Below are positions 59,214-64,000 of a stretch of DNA of 64,000 nucleotides, piece by piece; the stretch's first letter is position 1; each line of letters begins with the position of its first letter. The notes below the pieces were generated by a model. That model was given only the letters and a program-made list of their open reading frames with translations, searched no databases and was not told the origin of the DNA. Source of the DNA: Bacteriovoracia bacterium (lineage in GTDB: Bacteria; Bdellovibrionota; Bacteriovoracia; Bacteriovoracales; Bacteriovoracaceae); contig JBKHVI010000005.1 of assembly GCA_046570105.1 (NCBI GenBank), forward strand, positions 25,294 to 89,293, given 5' to 3'. The position numbers and the translations under genes are program-made.

Positions 59214-60011
59214 CTATAAACCCAAAGTCTTCATTACACGTGAGGTCTTATGTGCCTCTGTCTTGGCCTTAATCGCGCGATATTCATCTGCGTATTTGGC
59301 GTGGTTGGTTCCACAAAGATTGTCCCAGAAGTTATAGTAAATGCCGAAGTTTTTGTGATGGTACTTGTGATGCAAATTATGATGCGTCGGCGTATTGAGA
59401 ATCTTTTGTAGAGGTTTATCTAGCAGGTCTTTGTGCCAGAATTCATAACCGGTATGTCCCCACATATTGATATAGAACATAAAGCTATAGAATCCCCAAA
59501 CCCACAGAACATGAGAGGGGATGAGAAACGCAATAATGAGCCAGAAGAAGCCTTGGCTTACGGCCTCAACGGGATGAAAAGATAATGAGGCAAAAGGAGT
59601 GGGCGGCTGAGAGCGATGATGAACCATATGGTATTTTTTGAGCCACTTCACCTCATGCATCCAGCGGTGAGTCCAATAAAAGTATGTGTCATGGGCCAGT
59701 TGAATCAGAATGAAATTAATGAGGAAATAAAAGACGCCACGCTGATCCCATTGAGTATAGATCTGAGTCCAGCCGGCCTTATACATAAACCAAATAATCA
59801 TCCCGATGCCCCAAAATATGGCCTGGGTAGAAAGGGAGTGTTTAAACTCGCTCATAATCTGGGCAGTGGTGGGTTCAACGTTGTGAATAGCGCGATGAGG
59901 AATCTTCGGACCCAAGAATTTATAGAAAAACCACCATCCGCCCACAGCGAAAAAGAGGAAATTCCCCAATAGAAAGAGCGCCAAGAGCGCGCCAAAAAGC
60001 CATGTGTCCAT
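59214..60011 (-). CDS. Sterol desaturase / fatty acid hydroxylase family (ERG3/ERG25-like)
   Basis: DTYFYWTHRWMH, HMVHH, SFHPVE, HHNLHH, NFGIY. Confidence 0.88.
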   Translation of the reverse strand: MDTWLFGALLALFLLGNFLFFAVGGWWFFYKFLGPKIPHRAIHNVEPTTAQIMSEFKHSLSTQAIFWGIGMIIWFMYKAGWTQIYTQWDQRGVFYFLINFILIQLAHDTYFYWTHRWMHEVKWLKKYHMVHHRSQPPTPFASLSFHPVEAVSQGFFWLIIAFLIPSHVLWVWGFYSFMFYINMWGHTGYEFWHKDLLDKPLQKILNTPTHHNLHHKYHHKNFGIYYNFWDNLCGTNHAKYADEYRAIKAKTEAHKTSRVMKTLGL

Positions 60012-60121
60012 AAACTCATTTTAAGCCTCAAAGACCCTTGAATGAGGCGGGTATGAAGTTATTACACGTTCAACCCGCCGGTAGGGGCTGAGGAGCTAAA
60101 ATACTAAAAAAAGGAACACTT

Positions 60122-60802
60122 ATGGCGAAGCCTACTTTCACAGTAGAGAAGCATCCCTGGCTTATAAAGTACTTTGCTTCACGCAATCCGCTGCATCTTT
60201 TGCTGATGATTTTGCCGCTCTTGGGTTGGCTCATCAGTAAGACGATGAGCGAAGATTTGAGTGCTTTGAATTGGAGTTTGATGCTCGGGCTTGGTGTGTT
60301 CTGGTGGACTTTTCTTGAATACGCGATTCATCGTTGGGCCTATCACAGCAAGTATCCTACGAAGTGGCTTCACTCGTTTATGGGTTCATTTCATCTTTAT
60401 CATCATATCGATATGTCTGATCGCCGCGTTTATAACGCTGGTTTTTTGATGGTGTATTTTATTGCACCGGTTGTGCTTTTTCCGATGTGGCTTGTCACTC
60501 AAAGCATGGCCATGACTGCGGCCTTTGGTTTGGGCACTTTGGGTGCTTATTACGCTTACGAATGGGTGCACTTCTTGTTGCACTATAAGGTGTATGACTC
60601 AGGATATTTAGGTTGGATTCAACGCTATCACTTTTATCACCACGAGCGTCGCCCTGATAAAAACTTTGGCAACTCAAACGCCCTTTGGGACATGTTGCTC
60701 GGCACTCACGACATCGCTTACAAGACGTTTAATATTAGTGCTAAGGCACAGACAACCATGATCACTGCGCAAGGAGAGAATGTTGACGTCAGGCATGCTT
60801 GA
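60122..60802 (+). CDS. Fatty acid hydroxylase family (FA2H/Scs7-like catalytic domain)
   Basis: WTFLEYAIHRWAYH, HLYHH, YEWVHFLLH, HFYHH, NFG...WD. Confidence 0.88.
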   Translation: MAKPTFTVEKHPWLIKYFASRNPLHLLLMILPLLGWLISKTMSEDLSALNWSLMLGLGVFWWTFLEYAIHRWAYHSKYPTKWLHSFMGSFHLYHHIDMSDRRVYNAGFLMVYFIAPVVLFPMWLVTQSMAMTAAFGLGTLGAYYAYEWVHFLLHYKVYDSGYLGWIQRYHFYHHERRPDKNFGNSNALWDMLLGTHDIAYKTFNISAKAQTTMITAQGENVDVRHA

Positions 60803-61571
60803 TCACTACCAATATCTTTTTGTCGGTGGAATTCTAGGAGAACTCCTAGCGCTTCCTTTCGTGGGCTCATATTTCAAAGAGACTCAAGAGATTTTGCGTG
60901 AACAAGGTGCACGCCATGTTGAGATTTACTTCCCTAACTCTTATCGTTCAGCCGAAGACAATGCCCGTGATCTCGCGCGCGAAGTATTGCGCCTCTATCG
61001 CTTAAACGGAAAAAAAGTCATTTTATTCTGTCATAGCAAGGCCTGTCTTGAAGCGGTCTTGGCGCTTTTAGATTGCCCAGGACTATTTAAAAAATCCGTT
61101 CATAAAATATTTTGTATTCAGCCCCCCTTTAAGGGCTCTTCATTAACTGAAAAACAACCTGGCCTTGCCCGTAGTCGTGTGGTCAATCGTGTCTATCGCG
61201 CCTCTTCAAAAGTGTGGCCGGCATTGAGATCCCTCAAGAAAGATCGCTACACAGCTCGTTTTGAAAATTTAGCTCAAACTCGTCCCGATCTCGCTGCCCT
61301 CATGACGGATAAAGTGGTGGCGGTCAAAGGTGCGAAGTATCAAATTGATAAAGTCGCTTGGGTGCTTAAAATATCTCATGGTTTATTGTGGCAGAGTGGT
61401 GAAGAGACGGATGGTCTTTTGTCGATGCGCGATCAAGAGATGCCAGGCTTTAAAGTTCGTGAAGTGAAAATCCCGATGGATCATTCTGATCTCTTCACTT
61501 CAAAAAACATCTCAAATGAAAGTTTGCAATTTAAAACGGATATCCTCGAAAAGCTTCTGACACTAGCTTAA
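60795..61571 (+). CDS. alpha/beta hydrolase (lipase/acyltransferase-like)
   Basis: CHSKA elbow, QPPFKGS, TDGLL, MDH. Confidence 0.7.
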   Translation: MLDHYQYLFVGGILGELLALPFVGSYFKETQEILREQGARHVEIYFPNSYRSAEDNARDLAREVLRLYRLNGKKVILFCHSKACLEAVLALLDCPGLFKKSVHKIFCIQPPFKGSSLTEKQPGLARSRVVNRVYRASSKVWPALRSLKKDRYTARFENLAQTRPDLAALMTDKVVAVKGAKYQIDKVAWVLKISHGLLWQSGEETDGLLSMRDQEMPGFKVREVKIPMDHSDLFTSKNISNESLQFKTDILEKLLTLA

Positions 61572-62504
61572 AATTTCTTTTTTTAATTCATGAGCAAATT
61601 TTTGCGCCTCAACGGGAGTCCATCGCAGGCTTGGATGAAACTGAACACCTAAACCTAATTGGCCATTCACCTCCAACATACCCACTCCAACGGGAGACAT
61701 CTTAACGGTGGTGACTTGCACGGCCCACCATTCTTCCGCTGGAATCCCAGGAATACTCCATGACCCAACATTAGTGAGTGTGCCTGTTCGTCTAAAAAAA
61801 TGATGCATGAACTTTAATGAGAACAGAAATCCACTTTCACCTAAAAGATCAACGATATGCAAAGTCAGAATACTTCCCCAATAAAGTCCTTTGGGAAGGT
61901 CACGCTTGAGTTGAGATTGAATAGCTTCTTTTTGATGACCCTCACTCCATAAACTCACATCGACAAATGCGACTTTGTTTTGTGGATGAAGTGCGCGATC
62001 AATCTTTTCATATAATCCTACGGGTACCATCCATAGACGAGGTAAGGGAGAGTCTGTCAGATATTTTTGTGCCACTAAATCAAGAGTAGAAAGAATGGCA
62101 GCTGTGCCAGCTCCTTTGCGAGCTTGAACATCACTCCATTCCTTTTCACTTAAATTCACAAAGGCCTGAGCGGCCATGCGTACACCCGAGCCAGTTTTCC
62201 ATTGGCGACCAAGTCCTGGGAAAAGCTGACGGCTCCAAGTCAGAAGCATTATCCATCTTTTAAATAAGCTGGGCTTTGGAGCAACCTTAAATTGCGGTGG
62301 CACAAATCCTTCCAATGGTAATTTTCTCGCCATTTCACAAATGGCCGAAACACCATCGTACAGACGATGATCAAAGGTGAGCTTTTCAAGCGGTCTTTCC
62401 GCGCGATAACGATGTATGGTGAAGTTCGTTTCTTCGCCACTTTGTTTTAAGACATCAAAATAGCGCCAAACGATGTCACGTTTTGCAGGGTGCTTGGTAT
62501 CCAT
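61563..62504 (-). CDS. CoA-dependent acyltransferase, condensation-domain-like
   Basis: FDHRLYDG (HxxxDG), TLTNVG in second lobe. Confidence 0.6.
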   Translation of the reverse strand: MDTKHPAKRDIVWRYFDVLKQSGEETNFTIHRYRAERPLEKLTFDHRLYDGVSAICEMARKLPLEGFVPPQFKVAPKPSLFKRWIMLLTWSRQLFPGLGRQWKTGSGVRMAAQAFVNLSEKEWSDVQARKGAGTAAILSTLDLVAQKYLTDSPLPRLWMVPVGLYEKIDRALHPQNKVAFVDVSLWSEGHQKEAIQSQLKRDLPKGLYWGSILTLHIVDLLGESGFLFSLKFMHHFFRRTGTLTNVGSWSIPGIPAEEWWAVQVTTVKMSPVGVGMLEVNGQLGLGVQFHPSLRWTPVEAQKFAHELKKEILS

Positions 62505-62528
62505 ATGCTGTCATCATACAATAAAGCT

Positions 62529-63164
62529 ATGAAACTGGCCCGCTACCGAAATCACTTTCGCGCCAAAGTTATTCCAAAGAAATACTCTGCTCGGGTACAT
62601 ATCTTCCTTTTCGTTTTATTTGAAGTGACTGCCTTGATTGTTACTTTTACGAGAGTGGAGTGGAGTGCTCTTTCTGCGATTTGGATTTTATTATCGGTGG
62701 CCTGGGCGAGTGTGGCACTTTATCTCGTTCATCGCTATATGCTTCATCGCAAGCTTCCGGGTTTTTCTTGGGCCCATAAAATGCATCACTGGCATCATAC
62801 TTTTTATCAGGCCCATGAAATGGAATATGATGAACTGAATGACGTTTACATGCTCTTGATGCCACCGTGGTTACAAGCGACTTACTTCTTAGTTTATTTG
62901 CCACTCATAACCTGGTTATTCTCTTTCATACTTCCTGCCGTATTTGTTCCCCATCTGATTTTTACGCTGACACTTTGGTATGGGCTCTATGAGGCGATTC
63001 ATTGGATAGAGCATTTGCCCGACTCTCATCCATTAATGAATTATAAATGGTCGCGTTTTATGAAACGCCACCACATTGGTCATCATCATCCGAAATACAA
63101 AGATGTTTGCAACTTTGGAATTGTGGAACCTTCGCAAGACTACTTGTGGGGAAGTAAATTATGA
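62529..63164 (+). CDS. Fatty acid hydroxylase / sterol desaturase family
   Basis: HRYMLH, HHWHH, YEAIHWIEH, HHIGHH, NFG; start could be 62505. Confidence 0.85.
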   Translation: MKLARYRNHFRAKVIPKKYSARVHIFLFVLFEVTALIVTFTRVEWSALSAIWILLSVAWASVALYLVHRYMLHRKLPGFSWAHKMHHWHHTFYQAHEMEYDELNDVYMLLMPPWLQATYFLVYLPLITWLFSFILPAVFVPHLIFTLTLWYGLYEAIHWIEHLPDSHPLMNYKWSRFMKRHHIGHHHPKYKDVCNFGIVEPSQDYLWGSKL

Positions 63165-64000
63165 AATCTGTGGCGGAAGTGGCGCGAGTTATAAGTCCGG
63201 AGCATCGCAAACAAGATGCAACTCGCGCGTGGCTAACATTCATGCGCATTATTTCGATGGTGATCATCACTCAATGGCTCCTGTGGATTACCCCCAATGA
63301 ACTCATCTGGTGGCCACTCAAAGCTGTATTAATTTTCTTCGCAGGTCTCTCGTTTGTTGGAATATTTGTTCTAGGTCACGATTGTGGTCACTACAGTTTT
63401 TCCCACAAGCGCTGGGTGAATGATGTGGTGGGTACGATCTGTCATCTTCCTATCTTAAATGGCTTTTATGCTTGGCGGGCCGCCCATGATTTTCATCACC
63501 GCCAGACACAAATTCGTAAAGTGGATCCTGATTGGCCGGAGCTTCTTTATACCAAAAATGAAAATCCTCCTTGGTATGAAAAACTCGCTGTGCGCTTGGG
63601 GCCTGGATCACCTATAGGAATTTTTGTTGGTTTTTGGGTGGGAATGATTAAACGTGCTTTCTTTGGAATTCTGATTCCGCAAATGCAGGTGAGAACTGAG
63701 GATAAATGGAAGATTTATCTTCACACGGCTCTTTCGATGATAGCCGCGATTTATCTATTAACCATCTATCACTCAATTATTGGCACAGAGAAATTTATCG
63801 AGATGTATGTGCTACCAGCGATTGTGGGGACAAGTTTTGGCGCACTGTTAACTTTCATGCACCATACCCACGAGGGCAGTCCTGTTTTTGATAAAGAATC
63901 TTATGAACCCTTCACGGCCCAAGTTGAAGGAACCTGGAATGTGCGTTTTCCGCGTTTCATGGAGTGGATGTGGCTCGATATCAACATTCATCTTCCACAT
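63161..64000 (+). CDS. Membrane fatty acid desaturase, Delta12/omega-type (3' truncated; absent from ORF track)
   Basis: Manual translation MKSVAEVARVIS...GHDCGH...AHDFHH...FMHHT...DINIHLPH, open to window end; ATGA overlap with previous gene. Confidence 0.9.
   Translation, partial: MKSVAEVARVISPEHRKQDATRAWLTFMRIISMVIITQWLLWITPNELIWWPLKAVLIFFAGLSFVGIFVLGHDCGHYSFSHKRWVNDVVGTICHLPILNGFYAWRAAHDFHHRQTQIRKVDPDWPELLYTKNENPPWYEKLAVRLGPGSPIGIFVGFWVGMIKRAFFGILIPQMQVRTEDKWKIYLHTALSMIAAIYLLTIYHSIIGTEKFIEMYVLPAIVGTSFGALLTFMHHTHEGSPVFDKESYEPFTAQVEGTWNVRFPRFMEWMWLDINIHLPH

Noticed and set aside
1..64000. CRISPR arrays, rRNA genes, IS elements
   Set aside because: No regularly spaced repeats, no long non-coding tract, and no transposase-like ORF; the window is almost fully coding

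Overview
Core-chromosome window of a bacterium that is probably a predatory Bdellovibrionota (Bacteriovoracaceae-like). This is inferred from the RomR, Tad/FHA and TIGR02147-like gene content, not from a search. Positions 1-11.5 kb hold the S10-spc-alpha ribosomal superoperon (rplB to rplQ; rpsD and map are absent here, and rpmJ was missed by the ORF track). Next come a TlpA, a PocR-like sigma54 activator and a biotin-dependent acyl-CoA carboxylase trio. At 18.0-23.8 kb is an AT-rich accessory locus, the best candidate for an undescribed system. It is a five-gene operon of exported proteins in which a 639-aa protein is accompanied by two apparent partial paralogues of itself (its coiled-coil stalk and its beta-core), facing a divergent HTH regulator across two GTGAC-N9-GTCA operators. 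Housekeeping genes follow (M16 peptidase, hemW, grpE-dnaK-dnaJ, LpoA-like, hpt/amn, mreB-PilZ-nagZ). Then come a TadC-DUF192-3xFHA-degenerate PP2C-RomR cluster (likely prey-attack machinery), birA/rph/rdgB/tRNA-Pro, a SPASM-first radical SAM gene, a deoxyhypusine-synthase-like gene with a structured leader, Lrp with a 38-bp perfect palindrome, smc and lolA. The window ends in a lipid-modification cluster with three hydroxylase/sterol-desaturase genes, a Delta12-type desaturase, two HxxxDG acyltransferases and a hydrolase. No CRISPR array, IS element, integrase or rRNA was seen.
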